DNA of 64,000 nt from Clostridia bacterium. GTDB lineage: Bacteria > Bacillota > Clostridia > TANB77 > CAG-508. The stretch lies in the NCBI GenBank assembly GCA_022793905.1, contig JAAWDU010000034.1, positions 7,734-71,733 on the forward strand, read 5' to 3'. Both the position numbers and the translations under genes were made by a program. Positions 44,935-55,526 of the stretch are shown in pieces (the first letter of the stretch is position 1; each line of letters begins with the position of its first letter). The notes beneath the pieces were generated by a model. That model was not told the DNA's origin. It searched no databases and worked only from the letters and a program-made list of their open reading frames with translations.

Positions 44935-45504
44935 TTATTCCTTAACTTCGTCAACCTTCTCCTCTGAAACTGTGTCAACAACTTCCTCAACTACAGGATT
45001 TTCAGTCTTAACATCTGGTGCCTCAACTGTTTCAGTAACTGTCTCAGTAGCTGGTGTTTCGCTAACTTGTGCTTCCACAGGAGCTTCTTCTACTTGATTT
45101 GCGTTTTCTTCTGGAACTTCAAGATTTTCCTTTATAGTAATTTCCTTGTTCTCAATTCTAGCTCCAACTTTCTCCTTAGTTCTTGCAGATTTACCAACTC
45201 TATCTCTTAAATAATAAAGCTTAGCACGTCTAGCCTTACCAACTCTTACAACCTCAACTTTTTCTACGTTAGGTGAATGAAGCAAGAAAGTTTTTTCAAC
45301 TCCAACTCCATATGAAATTTTTCTAACAGTGAAAGTTTCATTAACACCTCCACCTTGTTTTTTAATAATAATTCCTTCGAAAACCTGTATTCTTTCACGG
45401 TTTCCTTCTTTAATTTTTGCATGAACTCTTACAGTATTTCCTACATCAAGTACTGGAACTTTTTCTTTTAATTGTTCATGTTCTATAGCTCTTATAACGT
45501 CCAT
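44935..45504 (-). CDS. rplS: 50S ribosomal protein L19 with an unusual ~70-aa acidic low-complexity C-terminal extension
   Basis: The N-terminal ~119 aa are canonical L19 (...[21 protein letters not shown]). The extension [25 protein letters not shown]... is encoded by GC-richer DNA. Confidence 0.85.
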   Translation of the reverse strand: MDVIRAIEHEQLKEKVPVLDVGNTVRVHAKIKEGNRERIQVFEGIIIKKQGGGVNETFTVRKISYGVGVEKTFLLHSPNVEKVEVVRVGKARRAKLYYLRDRVGKSARTKEKVGARIENKEITIKENLEVPEENANQVEEAPVEAQVSETPATETVTETVEAPDVKTENPVVEEVVDTVSEEKVDEVKE

Positions 45505-45508
45505 TATT

Positions 45509-46199
45509 CTAAACTCCTTTCATTTTATCAATGTTTGCACTCTCAGGCCTTTTCATTTTTGTGACCTTTAATTGCATTTCTCTTCTCCATTTTTCTATGT
45601 TCTTATGATGTCCGGCTAAGTAGGACTTCTGGAACCTTCATTCCATGAAACTCTTCTGGTCTTGTATATTGAGGATACTCAAGTAAATTCCCATTTGAAA
45701 AACTTTCATCAATAATAGATTCACTCGAAATAACCCCATCTACATACCTAGAAACAGCATCTATAAATACCATGCTAGGAAGTTCTCCTCCTGTTAAAAC
45801 ATAATCGCCAATGGAAATTTCCTCATCTACAATTTCATCTATAACTCTTTGGTCAATCCCCTCATAATGTCCGGCAAAGTAAAATTATGTGTTCTTCTTT
45901 AGAAAAATGCCTTACTTCATTTTGTTTTAAAGTTTTCCCTTGTGGAGACATATATATAACTTTTGAATTTTCAGTTTTCACTGATTCATATGCATCATAT
46001 ACAACATCAGGCATCATTACCATTCCGAGCTCCACCACCATATGGTGTATCATCAACTTTTTTATGTTTATTTTTCGAAAAATCTCTAATATTAATTAAT
46101 TCAAGTTCTATTAGATTTTTTTCTCTTGCTCTTCCGAATAATGCTATAATTTAATGCTCCAAACATTTCTGGGAAAAGCGTTAATACACTAAACTTCAT
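45509..46199 (-). CDS. trmD: tRNA (guanine37-N1)-methyltransferase, with frameshifts
   Basis: Start [16 protein letters not shown] (read through from rimM in the ORF track); ORF 45862..46056; C-terminus restored in an alternate frame. Confidence 0.8.
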
Positions 46200-46721
46200 T
46201 TTCTTTGCTTCCTCCGAACTAAACCGCTCTATAAGATGTACTATCATTTTTTTATTTTGAATATCAACTTTCTTTATTACATCTCCTATTGCAGGCAATA
46301 GTGTTTGCTTTCCTAGTTCATTTTTCACAACATATACATCATTACTGCCAGTTGGAAATACATCTATTAATTTACCCAAAGTTTCGCCTTCATCTGTTAT
46401 AACTTCAAGCCCTATTAAATCTACTATGAAGTAAGTATCTTCTGGAAGCTCTACTGCATCTTTCCTATCAATTTTTATATAACAGTTTTTAAATTCTAAA
46501 GTCTGATTTATATCATCTATTCCTTTTAGCTTAAGAAGCACAAGGTTTTTATGATACTTAACTTCTTCTATTTCCATTTCTTTTAGTTTCTTATTTTTCT
46601 CGATATATATTGTTTTTAAATCATCATACCTTTTAACATTATCTGTGAAAGGTACAACTTTTAGGAAACCTTTTATACCATATGAGTTTACTATTTGACC
46701 TATTTCTAATAAGTTATCCAT
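46200..46721 (-). CDS. rimM: 16S rRNA processing protein RimM (stop codon not seen in the given frame)
   Basis: ORF 46101..46721, N-terminus MDNLLEIGQIVNSYGIKGFLKVVPFTD. Confidence 0.8.
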
Positions 46722-46735
46722 ATTTTGGATTTCTC

Positions 46736-46966
46736 CTAATCTATAAATTCAATTGTAACTTTCTTATGTTCTCTAGTAGCAACTGCTTTAAAGATTGTTC
46801 TTACTGCTTTCGCAATTCTACCTTCTTTTCCAATTACTCGTCCCATATCATTTTTTGCAACTTTTACTTCAAATAAAATTTCTTTTTGTAATTCTTTTTC
46901 ATTTATTTCTACTTCTGATTTTTCTTGCACTAGGGCTTCAATAATTGTTTGTAAAACTTCTTTCAT
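46736..46966 (-). CDS. KH-domain RNA-binding protein (YlqC/UPF0109)
   Basis: Contains GRVIGKEGRIAKAVRTI. Confidence 0.75.
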   Translation of the reverse strand: MKEVLQTIIEALVQEKSEVEINEKELQKEILFEVKVAKNDMGRVIGKEGRIAKAVRTIFKAVATREHKKVTIEFID

Positions 46967-46985
46967 TATGCAATTACTTCCTTTC

Positions 46986-47216
46986 TTATGCTTTTTCAAT
47001 CAAAGCTTTTACTGTATCTGTAGGTCTTGCTCCATTTTTCATCCAAGTTTCGCATTTTTCTTTATCAAGATTTATAACTGCTGGTTCTTTCATTGGGTCA
47101 TATGTTCCAATTTGTTCAATTATTTTTCCATCTCTTGGTGACCTTGAATCTGCAACTACTATGTGATAAAATGGTGCTTTTTTCTTTCCTATTCTTTGTA
47201 ATCTAATTTTAACCAT
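46986..47216 (-). CDS. rpsP: 30S ribosomal protein S16
   Basis: 76 aa beginning [25 protein letters not shown]. Confidence 0.92.
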   Translation of the reverse strand: MVKIRLQRIGKKKAPFYHIVVADSRSPRDGKIIEQIGTYDPMKEPAVINLDKEKCETWMKNGARPTDTVKALIEKA

Positions 47217-47298
47217 TTATTTCTTTCCTCCTATTCTAGAATTTAGATATTAGAAGTTAGATATCTCTAGCCTTCTATATATTTTTTAACATTAATAA

Positions 47299-48659
47299 CT
47301 ATATTTTTAGGTTCTTTAAATCAATATTGTCTAAATTCATGCCTTTTAGTGTTTTTCTTATTCCACCTTTTTTACTCTTCATCTGTTTCATCATATTTTG
47401 CGTCATTTCAAAAGACTTCATGAATTTATTTATATCTTGCACTGTTGTACCAGAACCGTTTTGCTATTCTGCTTCTTCTACTTCCATTTAAAATCTTTGG
47501 ATTTCTTCTTTCTTTTTTAGTCATAGAACATATCATAGCTTCTATTCTTACAAATTCATTATCATCTACCTTTATATCTCCAAGTTTACTTGCACCTGGA
47601 ATCATTTTTAATATAGATGAAAATGAACCCATTTTTTTAATTTGTCTTAACTGAGCAAGGTAATCATCTAAATCAAACTCTTGCTTCCTAAGCTGTTTTT
47701 CGAGTTCAATTGCTTCCTGCTCGTCCATTGCTTCTTCAGCTTTTTCTATTATTGATAAAACATCTCCCATACCAAGTATTCTTTCAGCCATTCTATTTGG
47801 GTAAAATGTTTCAATATCACTTAGTTTTTCTCCATTTGCAGAAAATTTAATTGGTCTTCCAGTAACTTTTTTTACTGAAAGTGCTGCACCGCCTCTTGTA
47901 TCTCCATCAAGTTTAGTAAGGATAACTCCATCAATTCCTAGTTTTTCATTAAAAACTTCTCCAACATTTACTGCATCTTGACCTGTCATACTATCTACTA
48001 CTAGTAAAATTTCATGGGGTTTTACATTTTGTTTTACATTTTGAAGTTCTTGCATTAATTCTTCATCAATGTGAAGTCTACCTGCTGTATCTAGTATCAC
48101 AACGTCATTTAATTTTGAAATTGCAACATTCATTGCTTGTTTTGCAATATGCACAACGTCTTTTGAAGCTTCATTTGCAAATACTGGGATATTTAAACTT
48201 GCGCCTACTACCTGTAATTGCTTTATAGCTGCTGGTCTATAAACATCACATGCGACTAAAAGTGGTTTTTTCCCTTGTTTTCTAAGTAAATTTGCAAGTT
48301 TTCCGCAAGTTGTTGTTTTACCAGATCCTTGCAATCCGAACTAGCATTATGACTGTTGGTGGGTTTGGAGTAAATGCAATCTTGCTTTCTTCTCCTCCAA
48401 GAAGTTCTATAAGTTCATCTTTTACAATTTTTATTACTTGTTGGCCTGGTGTAAGTGATTTTAGAACATCTTGCCCAAGTGCCTTTTTTTCTACTTCTGC
48501 AATAAACTCTTTAACGATTTTGTAGTTTACATCTGCTTCTAATAGCGCAAGTTTAACTTCTCTTAAAATTTCTTTCAAATCACTTTCTGTTATTCTTGCC
48601 TTCCCTCTAAGCTTTCTTGTTATTCCTTGGAGTCTTGAGGATAAACCTTCAAATGCCAT
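47299..48659 (-). CDS. ffh: Signal recognition particle protein Ffh, with two frameshifts
   Basis: ORFs 48318..48659 and 47426..48334 (GSGKTTTCGKLA, DTAGR). The M-domain C-terminus is restored in an alternate frame. Confidence 0.88.
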
Positions 48660-48689
48660 AGTTACTCTCCTTACATAAAATATTTATCT

Positions 48690-49038
48690 TTACACTAAAC
48701 ATTGTAATTCTTGTTTCACATTTTTTAAAATGTCTTCTATTTCTTCATCTGTGTATTTAGTTTGGATTTTTGCAAGTTCAGATAATATCTTTTGTATTTG
48801 CTTTTCTTGTTTTTGTGATTTCTTCATAATTCCTAGCTTTTCTTCTAATCCGAAAAAGTTTTTTCTCCCCTTTCTGAATACTATCTTTCACAGCTTGCCT
48901 TGTAATTCCTACTTCTTCTGCAACTTCTGCAAGTGATAAATTTTCATTATAATATAAATCAATTACATCTAGTTGCTTTTTTGTAAGCATTTCGCCATAA
49001 ACATCACAAAGCACAGCTATCTCAACATTTTTATCCAT
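48690..49038 (-). CDS. ylxM: YlxM/UPF0122 helix-turn-helix protein in the SRP operon, with one frameshift
   Basis: ORF 48778..49038 (LTKKQLDVIDLYYNENLSLAEVAEEVGITRQAV). Confidence 0.7.
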
Positions 49039-49116
49039 ACTTTTTTACCTCTTAAAATGTGTAATGCTATTATACTTTACACCATTTTTATTCATTTGTC
49101 AAGCTTTTTTGAGGAT

Positions 49117-49847
49117 TTTATAAATTTTATTCAATTATGTCTATCAAATTACTCTTTTCCATTCCTTCAAGATTATAATAGGTAGAAGGAACAAGCCCCA
49201 CTATTACATTTTCAATTAGAACTACTTCATTTGAAACTACTGTATCAACTATGTTGTATGGTGTCAAAATGCTAACATTACATTTTACATCAAGATAAAT
49301 TCTATGGACTGTTTGATTTATACCATTACTTTCAAATTCTGACCTTACTTTTGTTTCTACTGTTCCTGTATCAAGAAGTTTTATTTTTATATCTGGACCA
49401 ATTCCAGAAAAAAACTTTGTTCCAGAAAAACTTCCGAAATTTAATCTTTGCTGTGCTTTCTTCGCTATTAATTAGTTCTTCTTGAATTTTTACCGCAACA
49501 TCTGATGTTACCTCATTTATTGTTATAATATTAGACTGAAGCATTGAAATATTACCATTTGTATCTTTAGATATCTTTACAAAATCATCATATGAGTATT
49601 TTTTCATTACTTCAGTCGCAACATTATTTGAAATTATGGTTGCCTTTCCTATAGCAACATCTTTGCACACTTTGTCTAATATAGGTTCAAACGAGCTTAC
49701 AATCGCATTTAGGGTTGTAAAAGCTATAATTAATATTATTAGCCCTTGAAACATTAATTTCTGTTTAAGGGCGTTTTTACGGTTTCTAAATCCCATATAT
49801 CTTATGTATGGTAATCTTATTCTTTTTCTTGTATATATTTTATCCAT
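49117..49847 (-). CDS. yunB: Sporulation protein YunB, with a frameshift
   Basis: ORF 49371..49847 (N-terminal TM plus NIITINEVTSDVAVKIQEEL); C-terminus in an alternate frame. Confidence 0.7.
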
Positions 49848-49855
49848 ATTTTATT

Positions 49856-51411
49856 TTATACTTTTAATGGAATTTCGTTCCTAATTTTCATACTCTTAGG
49901 TATAAAAAGTTGCATTCCAACACTTATTTTATCTGGATTCTCTATATTATTTACTCTTGCTATATCAGAAACTGTACTTTTATATTTTTTTGCTATTTTC
50001 CAAATAGTGTCCCCAGGTTTTACAAAATAGATTACCATACTATATGGGCATTCATCTCCTTCTTCTCTTTCTTCTATTCCATCAATTACATTTATTGTTT
50101 CTAAATTATATGAGTTTGTTTGTGCTTCTAAATCTATTTTTGCTGTGATTTCTGCTCCATCTTTTGTAAACTCTTGGAATATAGGCGTTATTTCTACTTC
50201 AACTCTGCTATCTTTATTTATTCCTTGAATTTCTTGACTAAATGAAAATGGTATTGAAATTTCTTCTTTCCTTGTCTCTGTTTCTTCATTATTTAATAAA
50301 ATAAATTTTAGCTTCAAATCTCCTTCATATTTTACAACATCTCTTCCAACATTTCTTTCATTTATTACAGCATATGCAATTCCACTGCATATCTTACTAT
50401 TTTCCTGGTTTTCAAGTCTTACTTTTTCTCTAATATTTACAGATGTTTTAGTGTTTTGCATATTCACAGCTGTACTTACACTATTTGACTTGAATTCTAA
50501 ATTTCTACTTGGACTATACATATCTTGAATCACACTTACTTCTTTATTTCCAAATACTCTGCAATATATCTCAAGCTCTACATCTACACCTATAGAATGT
50601 TCCTCAGTTGCATTTGGCTTTACTGAAATATTTTTTAATTTATATTTCATATCACATATATCGTCATCTGAGACTCCTACTATGTCAATAAATCCCATTA
50701 CTGGAATATTTTCTTCTGCTTTCTTTATTCTTCCATCATCTGTTAAGTATAATACGCTTAATTCTATATCTGCTTTTGCTAATACCTTATTATAGCTTAT
50801 TTTTGTATCTTTGTTTTTTATATTAAAATCTACTGAAAGGATTTCTTCTAAGTTATCTGTGCTATCTATTACTATTGTTTCTTTTGCTAATGCCTTACTT
50901 GAATTTTGACCTACAAGTGAATTCATTTTTAAAGATACTATTTGTGATTCTATATCATCTATCCCTTTTATTTCTCTTATCATTTCTTCATTTTCGTTTA
51001 AAAAGACTTTTGATTCAAGCTCTAAGAGAACTTTGAAATTTACCTTTCTACCATTTAAAACTTTACATTCTATATTTTTTATCCAAATATTTTCATCTAG
51101 TATCATTCCACTTTCTACTTTTGGAAAGTCTAGTATTTCTGTAAAATCTATATTTGCATTGAAAGCTCTTGTTCTTCCATTTTCTCCATCTGCAAGATAC
51201 ATCAAATAAATATTAACATTACCATCAAGTCTTATTTTTCCTTCTAAAATTTCTTTTTTATATATACAAATATTTCCGTGAAGTTGAAATTGCACTTAAT
51301 ATGTCTGGTTTTGTATCTGGTATTATACTATCTCCTTCTATCATTATCTGAAAATTTTTGCTTCCTACAATCTTATTAATACATAGATTTTCTTTTATCG
51401 CATCTATCATG
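49856..51411 (-). CDS. SPOCS (DUF3794) domain protein with a C-terminal LysM (SpoVID-like spore morphogenetic protein), with one N-terminal frameshift
   Basis: ORF 49856..51295 with the C-terminal LysM YFVKPGDTIWKIAKKYKSTVSDIARVNNI. Confidence 0.65.
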
Positions 51412-51539
51412 ATATTTTCCTCCTTGATATTACTTTTTATTAATATATATGTAGATATTAGGAAAATAGAACAGAAAGCAAAACAAAAGAGAACTCTGTA
51501 ATAGAGTTCCCTTAATTGCTATCTATAATTTAGTATATT

Positions 51540-52661
51540 TTAGCTTCTTTTTGATTTTGCGAAATATACTACGTTAGCTATAACAACTACTGCTAATACT
51601 GCTGTTGCAGGTATTATGCTGTCACCTGTTTTAGGTGTTTCATCTTTGTCACCTTTGTTTGGTGCTTCTGTTGGTGCAGGTGTAGCTGTAGGTTCAGCTG
51701 TAGCTGTAGGTTCTGTTGTTGGAACAACTGCTCCGTTAACAGCTACTTTTTTAACTGTATATTCATATACTTTTCCATTCATAGCTCTTCCACCAATGTC
51801 TAATGTAAAAGCTTTTCCTACTAAATCTTTACCAATTTTGAATGTTAATTTTTGAGCTCCTGCATAATCAGGATTTGCTACTAATGTTGTTTCTATTTTT
51901 GCAAAATCTTCATCACTTAGTGTTGAACCATTTAAAACTGGTAACCATGGAATTATTTCATAAGATTTTCCATCAAATGTATAGTTTCCTTTTATTACTA
52001 CTTCATAAACTGTGTCTTCCTCTAATTTTGTTACTTTGTCTCCTGTTGAGTTTACTACATAAGCATCAATTGATAATAAAGGTGTGTAAGCAAATATTGT
52101 TTTGCTTTCAGCTTTATTTTTTAATATATAGTAACCAACTTTAGATGCAACTGTATCTGTTTCAGCTTTAACTGCATCAGGTATTTTTACTGCTGAAATA
52201 ACTTCTGCTGTGCTAGATGTTAATGTTATAGAATTATCAGCTAATGCTGGTGTTTCACCATCTTTAGTTCTAACTTCAACTCTTCCTGCATTAGTAACTT
52301 TCATAGTTGTTACTGTTAAGTCACCTTGTAATACAAGTGTACCTTTGTTAATAATTTTAGATGAAATTGTTCCTTCACCAGAAATTACTAATTTAGCTCC
52401 TTTTTCAATTGTTATATCTTTATCTAATGTTTCACCAGATAAATCTAATTGAACTGCTCCTGTTGTTACTTCTATTGTGTCTATGTCTGCTACTTTTGTT
52501 GCATCGATTGTATAATTCTTTATACCACCGATTTCTCCTCCTAATACAAATACTTTGTCATCTACATATTGTGTAAATGTTTTTGCGCTTACTCCAGTAG
52601 CTATTGATAATACTACTGCGAATAGTGCGATTGCCATTAATACTTTTAAAGTTTTTTTCAT
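51540..52661 (-). CDS. Sortase-anchored cell-surface protein (signal peptide; T/P-rich linker VPTTEPTATAEPTATPAPTEAP; TPKTG sorting motif; hydrophobic helix; KSKRS tail)
   Basis: 373-aa ORF with the features read directly. Confidence 0.75.
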   Translation of the reverse strand: MKKTLKVLMAIALFAVVLSIATGVSAKTFTQYVDDKVFVLGGEIGGIKNYTIDATKVADIDTIEVTTGAVQLDLSGETLDKDITIEKGAKLVISGEGTISSKIINKGTLVLQGDLTVTTMKVTNAGRVEVRTKDGETPALADNSITLTSSTAEVISAVKIPDAVKAETDTVASKVGYYILKNKAESKTIFAYTPLLSIDAYVVNSTGDKVTKLEEDTVYEVVIKGNYTFDGKSYEIIPWLPVLNGSTLSDEDFAKIETTLVANPDYAGAQKLTFKIGKDLVGKAFTLDIGGRAMNGKVYEYTVKKVAVNGAVVPTTEPTATAEPTATPAPTEAPNKGDKDETPKTGDSIIPATAVLAVVVIANVVYFAKSKRS

Positions 52662-53048
52662 TCTTTTTTTCTCCCTTCATATGAAAAAATTTTTTTAACA
52701 TTTTGTTAGGGTTCTTGGCTTTTTCCCTAACGTTAACAATATTATTCTACACAATGTGCTTTGATTTGTCAAGCATATTTTTGAATTTTCTTTCCATTTT
52801 TAGAAATTTTTGGATATTTTCTTTGTGTCCCTAGCCTTTCGCAGAATATTACATTTATATTACAAATCCAGTTTTTCATCGTTTTTTATTCTTTAAATTT
52901 TTATGTCCCTATATAAAATAGGCACCTTATAAATAAATATTATCTCAATACCCATTTATAAGGTGTCTATTTGCCCCCGTTTTATATAAAAAGAATTAAA
53001 TTAATTTGAATTAAATTTAGTTTTTTGAGTAAAACTTCTTTCTAATTA

Positions 53049-53477
53049 TTATGCAATTTTTTCTTCTATATCGTGAACTCTTTTGCTAATATTTCCTAAA
53101 AGATGACAAAATTGCGCATTATTACTTCTAACTTCTTCTCTTAAGCCTGAGAGTTCACCTTTTACTTCTGCTATTCTTAAATTGAATGTAGCAATCATTT
53201 TGCTTTCAAGCGAATCAACTTTCTGCTCTATTCCATCATTTATTCTCTCTTCTAAGCTGTCCATTTTTCTATCCATTCTTTTTTCTAAGCCAATTAATTT
53301 TTCATCCATCTTTTCTTCTAAGCAACTTAGTTTTTCATCCATTCTTTCTTCCAAGCAACTTAGTTTTTCATCCATTCTTTCTTCTAAGCTACTTAGTTTT
53401 TCATCCATTTTTCTTTCTAATCTCTCTTCTAGTCCATTTATTGCTTGTATAATTTGAGTAAATTGTTGATTTTCCAT
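53049..53477 (-). CDS. Hypothetical coiled-coil protein with tandem 11-residue repeats (LEERMDEKLSx, about 7 times)
   Basis: 142-aa ORF whose N-terminus is similar to that of the adjacent paralog at 53521..53802. Confidence 0.55.
   Translation of the reverse strand: MENQQFTQIIQAINGLEERLERKMDEKLSSLEERMDEKLSCLEERMDEKLSCLEEKMDEKLIGLEKRMDRKMDSLEERINDGIEQKVDSLESKMIATFNLRIAEVKGELSGLREEVRSNNAQFCHLLGNISKRVHDIEEKIA
53262..53432. repeat. Tandem 33-bp direct repeats (about 5 copies) inside the coiled-coil gene
   Basis: TTTTTCATCCATTCTTTCTTCyAAGCwACTTAG repeated head-to-tail. Confidence 0.8.
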
Positions 53478-53520
53478 GTTTCTCCCTCCTTTTTATAATT
53501 AATATAGATTTGTAATTCTT

Positions 53521-53802
53521 TTATGTAACGACTTCTTGCTCTTTGTGATATTCTTTAAGATGACTATCAATAGTTCTTTGCACTCCGTTAATTATATAAT
53601 TTGCCAGTTCGTGGTCATTCTTTTTTAGTTCTTCTACCGATGTATTTATGTGATTCATTATATCACGGTCACTCTTTTTTAGTTCCTCTACTGATGTTCT
53701 TAATTCTGCTAGTGATGTATCTAGCTTTTCTTCAAGTTTTCCTATTCTAGAGTTTACTTTTCCGAACTCATTCATAATCATCTCAAATTGCTTGTCCTTC
53801 AT
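53521..53802 (-). CDS. Hypothetical coiled-coil protein, paralog of 53049..53477 (repeat NTSVEELKK.D)
   Basis: 93-aa ORF. Confidence 0.5.
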   Translation of the reverse strand: MKDKQFEMIMNEFGKVNSRIGKLEEKLDTSLAELRTSVEELKKSDRDIMNHINTSVEELKKNDHELANYIINGVQRTIDSHLKEYHKEQEVVT

Positions 53803-53842
53803 ATATTTTCACCTCCTTTTTGTTTAGTGTGTAAATATTATA

Positions 53843-55512
53843 CTATGGAGTAGATTTTTTGTCAACCTTTTTTACCTTTTTTATATTTAGAATTATACAT
53901 GCTATTATGCTAGTTATTACTGCTATTCCCCTTATTATTCTTGTTAGATTATAGCTAAATGTTCCTGTATATTTTAGTTTATAGGTTCCCTCCTCTAGTT
54001 TCACTTCTATTAAACCTTTTTCTCCTCGTTCTAGTTCAAATTCAGACTTTATTTCTTTACTTTTATCTTTATTTTCATATTTTGTTAGCTTATAACCTTT
54101 ATAGTATATCTTTGGTAGTTCTATTTTCATATTTTTACTATTTTTTATTAAAAATTCTAGTTCTTTTCCTTCATTTTTTATTATTACAGCTTCTCCTGTT
54201 CCTTCTATTATGTCTATTCCTGCTTTTCTTGAATAGTATGACTTATTATTTAGATATTCATTTGGGTAATATTCGCTTAGATTTCCTGTCCCTCTTTCTA
54301 ATTCTATAACTGTATTATCTCTATGATATATCCTCTTATCAAGCTTATTTATCAAAAATACAGAAGGAATAATGCATATTAAAATACTTACTCCAAATAA
54401 TATCTTACTATTAAATCTCTCCATAAACTTAGGTGCAAGTATAGCTATAAATACAGCAAGTATTAATTCCATTCTCCATGGGAATTGTATATTATAAAAC
54501 ATCTCAGGCAATAACTTCCATATTCCTTTAAAACTCATCATAAATATGCAGAAAGCTATCAGTAATACATTTAATATATCTTCTCTTCTATGTTTTCTTA
54601 TAAGAACTACTATGCTAAATACACATAATAGTATTACACTTCCATAAATATAATATGGTATTGTCCAATCATAACTTTCTTCTGGAATTATATACTCTTT
54701 TAACTCTAAAATATTTCCTTCAACTAATGCTAAATTAGTCACATAATTATCTTTATATACTAAATAATCAAGATTATAATGTTCCAAAAATATTACTATG
54801 CTTGGAAGTACAATTATTATTACAGCTAATGTCCCTAAAATCAATCTCAAAACTCTTTTTTCTTTAAATAGCTTATCTATATAAATAAGTAATATTATAA
54901 ATACAAATATAGAAAAATACATTGCTATAATATAATGGCTAAATATTAGCCCTGCATAACCTATTATGAATGCTATATAAAATTTCTTTTTCTCATCTTT
55001 AAATAAATAATACAAACTAAGTAATACAATCGGAATAAATATTCCTGCAAAATTCTCTGTTATTGCCATTCTGACTGTGATAGTTCCGAAGTCTATATGG
55101 AAATAACATATAGACTATTGAAGCAACAAATGCTTGTTTCTTGCTTTTTGTTACTTCTTTTATGAAAAAATACATACTAAGTGCTGAAGCTATTGAAATT
55201 AATATATTTACAGCTTGAATGCTATCTATAATTTCTATACCTGCAAGTGCAAAAACACTTCCAAATCCGGCTATATATTAAATGTGGAAGCTTAGGGTAG
55301 AATATATATAATCCATACCCTAAGTCATTTCCTATATTTGGCATTATCAAATCTGCTTTTAAGTCATTTTTTATTAGATTTTCTACATTTGCCAAATGAA
55401 ATGGCAAATCATGTGCTTGTTTTGTATTGTCTAAATATATATATCCTATTAAAATAATTGTAATTAATATAATTGCAATTATATATATATTCTTTTTAAA
55501 AAACTCTTTCAT
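53843..55512 (-). CDS. YfhO-family GT-C membrane glycosyltransferase, with one N-terminal frameshift
   Basis: ORF 55222..55512 (N-terminal DLPFHLANV motif typical of YfhO) plus ORF 53843..55069 (multi-TM followed by a C-terminal extracytoplasmic domain). Confidence 0.55.
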
Positions 55513-55526
55513 ATTTCTCCTTTATT

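Noticed and set aside
53262-53432. Possible CRISPR array
   Set aside because: The tandem repeats here are contiguous 33-bp coding repeats with no spacers. No repeat-spacer architecture or cas genes occur anywhere in the window.
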